32,000 nucleotides of DNA from Candidatus Saccharimonadota bacterium (GCF_012571795.1 NZ_CP046222.1:300819-332818), one strand, 5' to 3'. Shown: positions 1 through 10,551, counted from the stretch's first letter. The notes: generated from the sequence alone by a model not told the origin. Program-made: numbers and translations.

Positions 1-510
1 TCTAGAAACAACTACATTATTACGTTTTTTATCTAATTTAATTATTTTAAATTCTAATTCTTTACCTTCTAAATGTGAAGTATCTCTAATTGGTCTAATA
101 TCTACTAATGAACCAGGTAAAAAAGCACGAATACCATTTAAATCAACAGTAAATCCACCTTTAACTTTGCCATTAATAATACCAACAGTATTAGTATTTT
201 TATATTGTGCTTGTTCTAATATCATCCATGACTCATGTCTTTTTGCTTTTTCTCTAGATAAAATCGTTTCACCAAAACCATTTTCTATAGCATCTAAAGC
301 AACATCTACAATATCACCTACTTTAATTTCTAATATACCTTGAGTATTCTTAAATTGTTCTATAGGAATGATAGATTCTGATTTAAAACCAGCATCAATT
401 AATACAATATCTTTTTCAATGGCAATTACAGTACCTTTAATTATATCACCTAAAATAATATTTTTATTTTTTAGTGATGATTCAAATAATTGTGCAAAAG
501 ACTCAATCAT
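1..510 (-). CDS. rpsA: 30S ribosomal protein S1, N-terminal 170 codons (gene continues beyond the left window edge)
   Basis: The minus-strand frame is open from the window edge to the ATG at 510..508. My hand translation [55 protein letters not shown]...[27 protein letters not shown] is collinear with the E. coli S1 N-terminus ([13 protein letters not shown]...[27 protein letters not shown]). It is absent from the ORF track because its 3' end is outside the window. Position downstream of serC-aroA matches E. coli. Confidence 0.93.
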   Translation of the reverse strand, partial: MIESFAQLFESSLKNKNIILGDIIKGTVIAIEKDIVLIDAGFKSESIIPIEQFKNTQGILEIKVGDIVDVALDAIENGFGETILSREKAKRHESWMILEQAQYKNTNTVGIINGKVKGGFTVDLNGIRAFLPGSLVDIRPIRDTSHLEGKELEFKIIKLDKKRNNVVVSR

Positions 511-816
511 ATTCTTAACTTTTAACTTATGTATTAAATAATAAACTTACATCATATTAAGTATTATTGTTAATCGGACTTATAAATATCCTTTTTATAA
601 GTAAAATAATTTTATGTATAATATTTTAATATTATATATAATGTTTTTTATTAAATTATATTAATTTTTATGTATATAAAACATATATTCTAATTAATAA
701 AGTTATCATTAATAATGTATTTCTGCAACTATCTTAAAATTTTTGTATTAATAGACAAATATAAACATATGTTTTTTATAATTAAATATTATTTATATAG
801 CTAGTTAATTTAACAA

Positions 817-2115
817 TCAATTATACAAACTAATTTTTTTAAAATCTTTAAAAAAATTTGGATATGTTTTGTTAGTACAAGAGGGATTAATAATTTGAAC
901 TGCATTATCTGATAATGCTAATAAAGCAAAACACATAGCCATGCGGTGATCATTATATGTTTCTATAATACTAGCTTGAATCTTTTTAGGTGGAGTAATA
1001 CTAATGTAGTCTATACCTTCAATAACTTGTGCACCAGTTTTTCGTAATTCTATAGCCATAGCATGTAAACGATCAGTTTCTTTAACACGCCAATTATAAA
1101 TATTACTGATAGTAGTTGTACCACCAGTTGCAAATAAACAAGTAACTGCTATCGTCATAGCAACATCAGGAATATGATTCATATCCATAGAAATAGCATG
1201 TAATATATTACGTGTACAACTTACATAGTTATTTCCATAAAAAATGTTTGCTCCCATTTTTTTTAAAACTTCTATATATTTTATATCACCTTGAATACTA
1301 TTTTTATCAATATTATTTAATTTTACTGTACCTCCCTTAATAGCTGCTGCAGACAAAAAATATGAAGCTGAAGAAGCATCACCTTCAATAATATATTTAT
1401 TAGGAGATAGATATTGTTGATTACCACAAATATAAAATTTAGTATAATTATAATTTTTTATAATAACACCAAATTTTTTAATTAATTTTAATGTAATTCT
1501 AATATATGGTTGAGATACTAATGTATTTTTAATAATTATTGTTGTATTATTTTCTAATAATGGTGCTGTAATTAGTAATGATGTTAAAAATTGGCTAGAG
1601 ATTGATCCATCTAATTCTAATATTTCAGTGCCTATAAAACCACCATGTAATTGTATTGGAGGATAGTTTTCTCTTTCTAAATAAGTAATTTTAGCGCCTC
1701 CTAAACGCAAAGTATTAACAAGATGTCCAATAGGTCTTTCTTTCATTCTATCTTCTCCTGTTAAAATAATATTACATATTTTATTTGCAGAAAATAAAGC
1801 TGTTAATGGTCTAATAACTGTACCTGCATTACCTAAAAATAATGTATTATTTTTATTTTGAATATTAAAAATTCCATTATTACCAATAATATGACATATA
1901 TTTTTGTGATGATTTATTGTAATTTTTATACCACATATTTTTAATGTATTTAGCATATATTTTGTATCATCACAATTTAATATATTATATAATGTAGTAC
2001 AGCCCATAGATAAAGCAGATAATAATAAAACTCTATTTGAAATACTTTTAGAACCTGGTAAATTAATACAACCACTAATTTTTTTTATAGATGTTAAAGT
2101 TAAAATATTATTCAT
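817..2115 (-). CDS. aroA: 3-phosphoshikimate 1-carboxyvinyltransferase (EPSP synthase)
   Basis: ORF-track ORF 817..2181 trimmed to the ATG at 2115..2113. [35 protein letters not shown] aligns from residue 1 with E. coli AroA ([34 protein letters not shown]). [36 protein letters not shown] and DHRMAM are all present. The 22-codon upstream extension overlaps serC and has no counterpart in AroA. TGA stop at 819..817. Confidence 0.95.
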   Translation of the reverse strand: MNNILTLTSIKKISGCINLPGSKSISNRVLLLSALSMGCTTLYNILNCDDTKYMLNTLKICGIKITINHHKNICHIIGNNGIFNIQNKNNTLFLGNAGTVIRPLTALFSANKICNIILTGEDRMKERPIGHLVNTLRLGGAKITYLERENYPPIQLHGGFIGTEILELDGSISSQFLTSLLITAPLLENNTTIIIKNTLVSQPYIRITLKLIKKFGVIIKNYNYTKFYICGNQQYLSPNKYIIEGDASSASYFLSAAAIKGGTVKLNNIDKNSIQGDIKYIEVLKKMGANIFYGNNYVSCTRNILHAISMDMNHIPDVAMTIAVTCLFATGGTTTISNIYNWRVKETDRLHAMAIELRKTGAQVIEGIDYISITPPKKIQASIIETYNDHRMAMCFALLALSDNAVQIINPSCTNKTYPNFFKDFKKISLYN

Positions 2116-2155
2116 ATTGGATTTATAATTAGGATGATGTAATTTATTATAACAT

Positions 2156-3244
2156 TTATAAATATTTTTTTTCAAAATCATTCATACAATTTACTAATTT
2201 TTTTACACCTTTTAAAGGCATTGCATTATATATTGAGGCTCTAATACCCCCAATAGCATTATGACCTTTTAAAAAAAATAAACCATGATTATTTGCATAT
2301 TTTAAAAATAATTTTTCTGTTTTAATATTAGGTAATGTAAAAACTATATTAGTCATAGAACGATTTTTTTTAGCAATATTATTAATATAAATATTACTAT
2401 TATCAATAGTGTCATATAATAACTGAGATTTTTGTTGATTTATATGAGATATAGTTGATATACCACCTTGTTGCTTTAACCATTGTAAAACTAAATAAGA
2501 TAAATATAGTGCAAATGTTGGTGGAGTATTAAACATTGAATTATGTTGTGCTATAATTTGATAATTTAATGCTGAAGGCAATTCTATTCTTTTTTCTTGC
2601 TCTAATAAATCTTTTCTTATTATAACAATAGTTAAACCAGCTGGGCCAATATTCTTTTGAGCACTAGCATATATTACACCATATTGTTTAATATTAATAT
2701 ATTTTGTTAAAATGTATGAAGATAAATCAGCTACAACAATTATATCATTAAAACTAGGTTCTTCATATGTAGCAATACCTTCTATAGTTTCATTAGGACA
2801 ATAATGTATATATTTAATATCATTATGTATGTGCCATTTATTCATTAATTGAATATAATCTATATTATTTTTTTTTTTTTTAACATTTAAAACATATGGA
2901 TTACAGTATTTTTTTGCTTCCTGTATAGCTTTATTAGACCAAAAACCCATATTAACATATGCTGCTTTATCATTATATTTGAGCAAGTTCATTGGAACTG
3001 CTGAAAATTGAGATCTAGCACCACCTTGACAAAATAAAATTTCATAATTATTTGGTATATTCATCAATGTAATTAAATCTTCTTTAAGATCTTCAATTAA
3101 ACGTATAAAATATTTACTACGATGACTAATTTCCATAACAGACATATTTAAATTATTCCAATTTAATAATTCTTTTTGTGCTTGTTTTAATACTGTATGT
3201 GGCAAGATTGCAGGGCCAGGACTAAAATTAAAAATTTGATTCAT
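2156..3244 (-). CDS. serC: phosphoserine aminotransferase
   Basis: 362 aa, collinear with E. coli SerC (MAQIFNFSSGPAMLP... vs [15 protein letters not shown]...; [21 protein letters not shown] vs [21 protein letters not shown]; [12 protein letters not shown] vs [12 protein letters not shown]). serC-aroA adjacency as in E. coli. Confidence 0.96.
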   Translation of the reverse strand: MNQIFNFSPGPAILPHTVLKQAQKELLNWNNLNMSVMEISHRSKYFIRLIEDLKEDLITLMNIPNNYEILFCQGGARSQFSAVPMNLLKYNDKAAYVNMGFWSNKAIQEAKKYCNPYVLNVKKKKNNIDYIQLMNKWHIHNDIKYIHYCPNETIEGIATYEEPSFNDIIVVADLSSYILTKYINIKQYGVIYASAQKNIGPAGLTIVIIRKDLLEQEKRIELPSALNYQIIAQHNSMFNTPPTFALYLSYLVLQWLKQQGGISTISHINQQKSQLLYDTIDNSNIYINNIAKKNRSMTNIVFTLPNIKTEKLFLKYANNHGLFFLKGHNAIGGIRASIYNAMPLKGVKKLVNCMNDFEKKYL

Positions 3245-3274
3245 ATATATTGTTCCTTTTAAAATAAAAACATA

Positions 3275-4390
3275 TTAAAAATATTTTTGTTTAATATAAT
3301 TATCATGTGTATATAAAGACATGATTATACCAAAATTACTCATCATCATAATTAAAGATGAACCACCATAACTTATTAATGGTAATGGAACTCCAACAAT
3401 AGGTAATATTCCACTGACCATACTAATATTAATAAATATATAAAAAAATAATATTATCATTATTCCACAAATAATAACTTGTTTAAAAATATTTTTTAAC
3501 CTTAATGCTAAAATTATACCTCTTATTATTAATAGTATATAGACAGTAATAAGTATAATTACACCTACAAAACCAAATTCTTCTGCAATTACAGAAAAAA
3601 TAAAATCAGTATATTTTTCTGGTAAAAATTGTAATTGAGTTTGAGTACCATTTAACCATCCTTTACCAAATAAACCTCCAGAACCAATTGCAATTTTAGA
3701 TTGAAGAATATGATATCCAGTTTTTAAAGAATCATTTTCCGGATGTAATAAAATTAAAATTCTAGATCTTTGATAATCATGCATAATTATAAACCATAAA
3801 ATTGGCAAAGAAATTAATATAAATAAAATATTAATTATAATTAATCGCCAAGATAAACCAGATAAAAACAATATAGTAATTGCTGCAATATCAATTAAAA
3901 TAGCAGTACCTAAATCAGGTTGTTTAATTACTAAAATAGTAGGAATAATAATAATTAATATACTAATAAAAAACTGTTTAATATTTATAGTATAAGATTT
4001 GTTATTAAAATATTGTGCTAAAAATAAAGGTAAAATAACTTTAATTATTTCAGATGGTTGAAATTTGAATAATCCTATATCTAGCCATCTTTGTGCTCCT
4101 TTGATAGTATTACCTAATATATTAACTAGTATTAATAAAAATATACAAATTATATAAAATAAAAAAAAACAATTTATATATAATCTAGGAGGTATTTGAG
4201 CAATTATAAGCATAATAACTAAACCTATAAAGATCTGTATAATTTTATTGTTTAATATATGTAAATTTTTATTAGAAGCACTCCATACAATCATAATACT
4301 AAATAATAAAAGTAATAAAATTAGATATAAAAATATTAAATCTAAATGTAATTTTTTTTGTATAAAAATATAAATATTGTTTTTTCGCAT
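3275..4390 (-). CDS. mrdB: peptidoglycan glycosyltransferase / rod-shape protein RodA (SEDS family)
   Basis: 371 aa vs 370 in E. coli RodA. Shared strings: KGAQRWLD, FQPSEI, QPDLGT, LSGLSWR, YQRxRI, GYHIxQSKIAIGSGGLxGKGW, GILPxVGVPLPLxSYGGS. Lies immediately downstream of mrdA as in E. coli. Confidence 0.95.
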   Translation of the reverse strand: MRKNNIYIFIQKKLHLDLIFLYLILLLLLFSIMIVWSASNKNLHILNNKIIQIFIGLVIMLIIAQIPPRLYINCFFLFYIICIFLLILVNILGNTIKGAQRWLDIGLFKFQPSEIIKVILPLFLAQYFNNKSYTINIKQFFISILIIIIPTILVIKQPDLGTAILIDIAAITILFLSGLSWRLIIINILFILISLPILWFIIMHDYQRSRILILLHPENDSLKTGYHILQSKIAIGSGGLFGKGWLNGTQTQLQFLPEKYTDFIFSVIAEEFGFVGVIILITVYILLIIRGIILALRLKNIFKQVIICGIMIILFFYIFINISMVSGILPIVGVPLPLISYGGSSLIMMMSNFGIIMSLYTHDNYIKQKYF

Positions 4391-4412
4391 AATTTTCTAT
4401 TTAAATTTTATA

Positions 4413-6305
4413 TTATATTTCAAATCCATTATAATGTTGAAAAATATAATCAAAAATTTTTCTTAATAATTTACCTATTAAAAGATCATGATTATTATTA
4501 TTTTCTATAACAATAGTTATAGCAATTTTAGGATTATTATAAGGTGCAAAAGCAATTATAAGTTTATGATCTTTTAATTGTTCTTGCATTACTTGAATAT
4601 TATTAACATTTTTATTTTTTAAACTAAATACTTGTGCTGTACCAGTCTTTGCGGCTAATGTGTATTTTACAGCAGTAAAATATGGGTGTATAGTACCATG
4701 TTTATTATGTGCAACACCATACATGCCTTTTTTAATAATATCCCAATATTCTTGTGGTATACCATTCACACTATTAACATTAGACGAATGAAAACAATAT
4801 TTATCTTTTTTCATATCTATATATTTTAAAACATGCATTTTTTTTGTTATACCATTATTAATTAATATTGTTAATGCTTTATGTATTTGAATTGGTGTTG
4901 TATTCCAATAACCTTGTCCTATACCAACAGAAATTGTATCACCAATATACCATTGATTATTTATAAATTTTTTTTTCCAATTAATATTAGGCAAATTACC
5001 AGATTGTTCATTGTTTAAATCAATTCCTGTTTTATGTCCAAAACCAAATTTAGACATCCATTTATATATTTGTACAATATCCATATTATATGCTAATTTA
5101 TAAAAAAACGTATCTGATGATTCAATTATTGCATGATGAAGATTTATATAACCATGTCCTTGTTTTTTCCAATCTTTATAAAATTTATAGTTTTTAGGAA
5201 TTTTCCACCATCCTGGATCATACATTATAGTATTTATATTAATAATACCTAATTTTAAACCTATTAACGCTAAATATGGTTTTACTGTTGATGCCGGAGG
5301 ATATATGCCTTGAATAACACGATTAAGTAATGGTTTATTAGGATTTCGTAAGAGTCTGTTAAATATTTTTTGGTCAAATATATTCATAAAAATATTAGGA
5401 TCAAAACTAGGATTAGAAATCATAGTTAAAATATCACCATTTTGTGGATTACTAATTATAATAGCTATACGATAATTAGATATAATAGAATTAATATATT
5501 TTTGTAATTTTACATCTACTGTTAGATAAATATCACGACCAGATAATACTTTTTGTACTATTTTAGTATAAATTATCTCACCTTTATTATTTATAACACT
5601 TTTTTTATAACCTGGTATACCGTATAAAATATTATCATAATATTTTTCAACACCGGTTCTACCTACTATAGAAATATTATTTAAAATATTTTCCATAGAT
5701 TCATTATATTGTTGATAATATGTATTATTTTTTATATTATCTTGCACTACATAACCTACTAAATGAGCAAATAATGATTTAAAAGGATATAAACGTTTGT
5801 GATATTTTTGTAAATAAATACCAGACAAGTTATGTTGATTTATTATAAATTTTGCAATTTGTATTTCATTTAATTCTTGTAATAAAATTATTGGAGTATA
5901 TTTATCACTTTGTTTTTTATCTTTAATAAAAGTTATTAACTTATTTAAATTTATATTTAAATTTTGATTGAAGGGAAATAATCTTTTTAAGATTATTAAT
6001 GTTTTATTTATATCTTTAATACGCAAAGGTATTGCATATATACGATAATAAGTTTGATTAATAGCTAAAGGTATACCATTTCTATCGTAGATCATACCTC
6101 TATGAGGAATTATTCTTGATAATTTAGTATAATTATTTTGTGATGCTATTAAATATTTATTAAAAGATTTAATTTGTAAATAATATAAATTAAACAATAA
6201 TATTAGTAATAATAATACAGATATATTAATTATTATAAATATTCTATAAAATAATGTTTTTTGTTTAGATGCTGCATTTTTTAGCAAATAAGAATGCCAT
6301 TTCAT
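4413..6305 (-). CDS. mrdA: penicillin-binding protein 2 (elongation-specific transpeptidase)
   Basis: 630 aa vs 633 in E. coli PBP2. Collinear, including RGxIYDRNGIPLA, the SxxK active site (PPASTVKPY), ESSDTFFY, KTGTAQV and FAPYNNP. Confidence 0.95.
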   Translation of the reverse strand: MKWHSYLLKNAASKQKTLFYRIFIIINISVLLLLILLFNLYYLQIKSFNKYLIASQNNYTKLSRIIPHRGMIYDRNGIPLAINQTYYRIYAIPLRIKDINKTLIILKRLFPFNQNLNINLNKLITFIKDKKQSDKYTPIILLQELNEIQIAKFIINQHNLSGIYLQKYHKRLYPFKSLFAHLVGYVVQDNIKNNTYYQQYNESMENILNNISIVGRTGVEKYYDNILYGIPGYKKSVINNKGEIIYTKIVQKVLSGRDIYLTVDVKLQKYINSIISNYRIAIIISNPQNGDILTMISNPSFDPNIFMNIFDQKIFNRLLRNPNKPLLNRVIQGIYPPASTVKPYLALIGLKLGIININTIMYDPGWWKIPKNYKFYKDWKKQGHGYINLHHAIIESSDTFFYKLAYNMDIVQIYKWMSKFGFGHKTGIDLNNEQSGNLPNINWKKKFINNQWYIGDTISVGIGQGYWNTTPIQIHKALTILINNGITKKMHVLKYIDMKKDKYCFHSSNVNSVNGIPQEYWDIIKKGMYGVAHNKHGTIHPYFTAVKYTLAAKTGTAQVFSLKNKNVNNIQVMQEQLKDHKLIIAFAPYNNPKIAITIVIENNNNHDLLIGKLLRKIFDYIFQHYNGFEI

Positions 6306-6344
6306 GTTTAATATAGTACCATGTTATTGTAATAAGATATTTAT

Positions 6345-7349
6345 TTAAAATAAAAAAATTAATTTTTCTAAATCTATCCAAATATATTTATCTATATAAT
6401 TATTTATTAAATGGTTTTTTATATTTATATCTATATTTAATAATATTTCTATAGATAAATATAACTGTTTATTTGATATTTTAGATATTACTTTAGTAAT
6501 AAATTGATATTTATATTGAGGTATATTAAATTTCAAAAAAATTTTTTCAAGATTATAATTTTTTATATTACGTTTAATTTGTATAAAATATATTATATAT
6601 TTAACAAAATTATTAATAATAAATAAAGGATTATATTTATTAACTTTCATCATATTAATTATGTAAAAACTTTTTTGTTTTTCACCTATTAAAATAAAAT
6701 GAATTAAATCTACATATTTAATATCAATTAAATTGCCGATATAATTATATAGTATTATACGATTAATATGAGTATATAGTTGTGTTAATGCAATATTATT
6801 TATAACTTGATTAATTAATGATATATTATTTTTATAAAAATATTGTAATAAATTAATTGCATTATCTGAGATAGATAATGTAAGTTTTTTGCATATCTTT
6901 AATATCAATATTTTAGATTGTAAATCATTTAATTTATTAAATATTATATATTTAATAAAATGATTATTATTTATTAATAAAATTTTTTCTATTAATAATT
7001 TTTTATATATATAAGGATTTAAAATATTATGTATTTCTATTATTAGAATAATATTATTATTTAATAATTTAAGTATTTTTTTTATATTTGTTTTATTTTT
7101 AATAATATGATTTTTATCATAAAAAATTAAATTAATTATATGTTTATTATAAAAAAAATTCATACAACAAAATTTAGTAAATATATCTTTCCAAATAATT
7201 GTATCATCTATAATTATTATTATATATTCTGTATAATCATACTTTTTAATTTTATTAAGTAATGTTTGTATATATTGCTTAATTAAGTAAGATTCATTCC
7301 CTATAATAATATAACAATTATATTTTAAGCATAAATCTTGTAATATCAT
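6345..7349 (-). CDS. holA: DNA polymerase III delta subunit (highly diverged)
   Basis: 334 aa vs 343 in E. coli. Weak but collinear matches: YIIIGNESYLIKQ / YLLLGNDPLLLQE; IWKDIFTKFCCMNFF / DWNAIFSLCQAMSLF; ISDNAINLLQYFYKNNISLINQ / LDDAANQVLCYCYEGNLLALAQ; VDLIHFILIGEKQKS / FHWVDALLMGKSKRA. Position between leuS and mrdA matches the E. coli leuS-lptE-holA order. Confidence 0.8.
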   Translation of the reverse strand: MILQDLCLKYNCYIIIGNESYLIKQYIQTLLNKIKKYDYTEYIIIIIDDTIIWKDIFTKFCCMNFFYNKHIINLIFYDKNHIIKNKTNIKKILKLLNNNIILIIEIHNILNPYIYKKLLIEKILLINNNHFIKYIIFNKLNDLQSKILILKICKKLTLSISDNAINLLQYFYKNNISLINQVINNIALTQLYTHINRIILYNYIGNLIDIKYVDLIHFILIGEKQKSFYIINMMKVNKYNPLFIINNFVKYIIYFIQIKRNIKNYNLEKIFLKFNIPQYKYQFITKVISKISNKQLYLSIEILLNIDINIKNHLINNYIDKYIWIDLEKLIFLF

Positions 7350-7445
7350 ATCATTAATTTTTTTTAGTTATACAAACTATAATTTATATAATAACATTAT
7401 TATATAATATAAAAAAATCTATTAAAAATATATATAATATTTTAT

Positions 7446-9974
7446 TTATATTGTTACTATATTAAAAATTTTATTAGGAATAAATATAGTTTTTATAATT
7501 TTTTTATTTTGGATATATTCTAATATTTTACTATTCTTATATATAATTTGCTTAATCATATTTTTATTATTTTTATATTGTATAGGTATTTCAATATTAT
7601 ATTTTTTTCTACCATTAATTTGAATAATAATATTAAAAAAATTAATAAACATTGCTTCATCTATATTAATAATATTAGGCCATGATTCTTGTTCGATGTC
7701 ATTTTTATTACCAATATATTGCCATAATTTATAACTATAATGAGGAGCAAAAGGATATAATATTTTTATAATAGTTAATAATGCATAATGTATTATAGTA
7801 TAATCTAATATATCTGATATTTTATATTTAATAATATTGTTTACTAATGACATAATGCTAGCTATTGCTGTATTAAATGTTTGATTTATGTTAATATCTT
7901 TTGTAACTTTGCTAATTGTATAATTAATTTTTTTTTGTAAACAAAATTGTTTAAAATTATATTTATTATACATTTTTTGAATATCATAATGTATATTAAT
8001 AATATAATTTAATTTGCGGTATTCATAAATAAATTTCCATAATTTTTGTAAAAAACGTAATATACCATTAATACCAGATTCCTGCCACTCTAAAGACATA
8101 GTTGGTGGTGCTGCAAACATTAAAAATAAACGTAATGTATCTGCACCATATTTTATAATCATATGTTGTGGATCCACACCATTATTTTTAGATTTAGACA
8201 TTTTAATCATTTTATGTCTAGTTAATAAATTATTATTAGTATCTAAAAATAATTTTTTATTATTTTTATAATTTATTACTACATTTTTAGCATTAACCCA
8301 ATATTTTTTATTATTATTTATATAATAAAATGCATCTGATAATACCATACCTTGACATAGTAATTTTTTTACAGGTTCATTAGTATGTACTAACCCAATA
8401 TCTCTCATTAATTTATGAAAAAAACGGATGTAAATTAAATGCATAGTAGCATGTTCTATGCCTCCTACATATTGATCTACTGGCAACCAGTATTTAGTAT
8501 CATATACATTTAACATGGCTTTGTTATATTGAGGACAAGTATATCTTGCATAATACCATGAAGATTCTATAAAAGTATCAAATGTATCTTGTTCTCTTCT
8601 AGCTATTTGACCATTATAATTGTAATGAAACCATGATAATTTAGATAAATGATATTGATCATAATTATAATATTTTGTATAAAAACTTTTTGGAAATATT
8701 ACAGGTAACTCTGTATCTTTTAAAGGTAAAATATTTCCATTTTTTAAATTCACTATAGGTATAGGAGTACCCCATAAACGTTGTCTAGAAATACTCCAAT
8801 CTTGGAGTCTATAATAATGTTTGTATTTTAAAAAATTAATATTTTCTAATTTTCTATTATTTTTTTTATTATTTATATCATTTAAAATATATTTTATTTT
8901 TTCAAATATAATATTAGTTTTTATAAATAAAAAATTATATTTTATGGCAAGTATATTATCTTGGTTATTATATAATGGTAATCCAAAAGTTGCTTGTAAA
9001 TTATATATATTTGAAATATAATTTACTATTATTATCGGTATTTTATTTTTATTAAAATAATCTGTAGCAAATAAATTACTATTTATTGAAGATAATGGTT
9101 GATTTTTATATAAATTATTATTGCTATTTATAATAAAATCTTTTACTAAAGAATTTTCTTTGGCAATGGATTTACAAATAGGATGTGTATAAACTAGTTT
9201 AATAAAACTAGCATTATGAATTTTTTTAATATCTTTTATAAAAACATTTAATATTTTTGTATTACATATTGTATATTGTATTTCAAAACCTTCTATTTTG
9301 CCTATCCAATTTTTTTGCATTTTCTTTACTTGAATAGGCCAGTCATTTAAATATTTTAAATCATGTAATAATTCTTCTGCATAACTTGTAATTTTAAAAA
9401 ACCATTGTGACATATTTTTAATTTCTATATTACTGTCACATCTCCAACAAGTATTATTATGTACTTGTTCATTAGCCAATACTGTTTTATCTACTGGACA
9501 CCAATTAACAGGCATTTTTTTTTTATATATTAAACCTAATTCATATAATTTTAAAAAAAACCATTGTTCCCAACGATAATATTGAGGATCACATGTAGTA
9601 ATTTCTCTATTCCAATCAAAACTAAATCCTAATTGTTGTAATTGTTTTTTCATATATTGAATATTTTGATAAGTCCATATATCAGGTGATATATTATGTT
9701 TAATAGCTGCTATTTCTGCTGGTAATCCAAATGCATCCCATCCAATAGGATGCAAAACATTTTTACCTAACATCCTTTGATATCGAGCAATGACATCACT
9801 AATCGTATAATTACGTACATGACCCATATGTAATTTACCTGAAGGATAAGGTAACATTGATAGACAATAAAATTTTTTTTTATTGTGATTAATTTCTGCT
9901 TGAAAAGTTTGTTTTTTATACCATTGTTTTTGTACATATTTTTCTATATTATGAGGATCATATTTTTCTTCCAT
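7446..9974 (-). CDS. leuS: leucyl-tRNA synthetase
   Basis: 842 aa vs 860 in E. coli and collinear throughout. HMGH (PSGKLHMGHVRNY) and KMSKS (IKMSKSKNNG) are present, as are DWSISRQRLWGTPIP and YVGGIEHATMHLIY. The CP1 editing motifs are degenerate (see findings). Confidence 0.96.
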   Translation of the reverse strand: MEEKYDPHNIEKYVQKQWYKKQTFQAEINHNKKKFYCLSMLPYPSGKLHMGHVRNYTISDVIARYQRMLGKNVLHPIGWDAFGLPAEIAAIKHNISPDIWTYQNIQYMKKQLQQLGFSFDWNREITTCDPQYYRWEQWFFLKLYELGLIYKKKMPVNWCPVDKTVLANEQVHNNTCWRCDSNIEIKNMSQWFFKITSYAEELLHDLKYLNDWPIQVKKMQKNWIGKIEGFEIQYTICNTKILNVFIKDIKKIHNASFIKLVYTHPICKSIAKENSLVKDFIINSNNNLYKNQPLSSINSNLFATDYFNKNKIPIIIVNYISNIYNLQATFGLPLYNNQDNILAIKYNFLFIKTNIIFEKIKYILNDINNKKNNRKLENINFLKYKHYYRLQDWSISRQRLWGTPIPIVNLKNGNILPLKDTELPVIFPKSFYTKYYNYDQYHLSKLSWFHYNYNGQIARREQDTFDTFIESSWYYARYTCPQYNKAMLNVYDTKYWLPVDQYVGGIEHATMHLIYIRFFHKLMRDIGLVHTNEPVKKLLCQGMVLSDAFYYINNNKKYWVNAKNVVINYKNNKKLFLDTNNNLLTRHKMIKMSKSKNNGVDPQHMIIKYGADTLRLFLMFAAPPTMSLEWQESGINGILRFLQKLWKFIYEYRKLNYIINIHYDIQKMYNKYNFKQFCLQKKINYTISKVTKDININQTFNTAIASIMSLVNNIIKYKISDILDYTIIHYALLTIIKILYPFAPHYSYKLWQYIGNKNDIEQESWPNIINIDEAMFINFFNIIIQINGRKKYNIEIPIQYKNNKNMIKQIIYKNSKILEYIQNKKIIKTIFIPNKIFNIVTI

Positions 9975-10095
9975 ACAAAAAATCCTATTTAGATATTATC
10001 TATTAGTTATATTTATAAAATAATTATAAATATTAAATATATTATTTAAAATTAAAATGTTAGTTAAATATAATGTTATTTATAAACATTATTAT

Positions 10096-10551
10096 TTAAA
10101 CATATGGATTATTATATCCTAACATATTTAATATATTGATTTCTTGAGATTCCATTTTTAAAGCATTATTATCATTATTATGATCAAAATTTAACAAATG
10201 CAAACTACTATGAATAATCAAATGCGCCCAATGTGCTTTTAATATTTTTTTTTGATTTAGTGCTTCTTGTTCTATAATTTGTTTACATAAAATAATATCC
10301 CCATAAATTTTTTTTGTATTATTTAAATCATTGTAAGGAAAACATAAAACATTAGTATATTTATTTTTTTTTAAATATTTTATATTTAATTGTTTTATAT
10401 TTTGTTTTGTAACAATACTAATTGTAATATTAGCATCTTTTTTAAAGCTTTGAACAAATACTGTATATAACCAAATATTTATTTCACTTTTCATAGGCAT
10501 ATTTGTATTATTAATACAATTATGATAATAATTTAAAGTAATATAGTGCAT
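10096..10551 (-). CDS. ybeY: endoribonuclease YbeY (16S rRNA maturation)
   Basis: 151 aa vs 155 in E. coli. TNVLCFPY / TNVLSFPF. Zinc motif HWAHLIIHSSLHLLNFDH matches HWAHMVVHGSLHLLGYDH. Lies downstream of miaB as in E. coli. Confidence 0.92.
   Translation of the reverse strand: MHYITLNYYHNCINNTNMPMKSEINIWLYTVFVQSFKKDANITISIVTKQNIKQLNIKYLKKNKYTNVLCFPYNDLNNTKKIYGDIILCKQIIEQEALNQKKILKAHWAHLIIHSSLHLLNFDHNNDNNALKMESQEINILNMLGYNNPYV

Noticed and set aside
511-816. cmk pseudogene remnant.
   Set aside because: By-eye translation of all minus-strand frames shows dense stops and no P-loop or Cmk-like strings. I cannot support a pseudogene call.
817-819. Possible UGA-to-Trp recoding, as seen in some tiny symbiont genomes.
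   Set aside because: aroA terminates with TGA at the position expected from E. coli AroA length. All conserved proteins are full length under the standard code. The genetic code therefore looks standard.
2116-2181. Upstream extensions in the ORF track: aroA (to 2181), miaB (to 11957), fldA (to 14633), nusA (to 26801), secG (to 27649), rlmE (to 30575). Some create apparent gene overlaps.
   Set aside because: The miaB, fldA, nusA, secG and rlmE extensions begin at TTG (read directly); I did not read the codon at the aroA extension start. All of them add residues with no counterpart in the E. coli proteins. Internal ATG or GTG codons with better SD spacing align exactly with the orthologue N-termini.
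8821-9021. 66-aa plus-strand ORF from the ORF track.
   Set aside because: It is entirely antisense to leuS and its composition is low-complexity Phe/Ile/Leu/Lys. It is a typical shadow ORF in AT-rich DNA with no recognisable motif.
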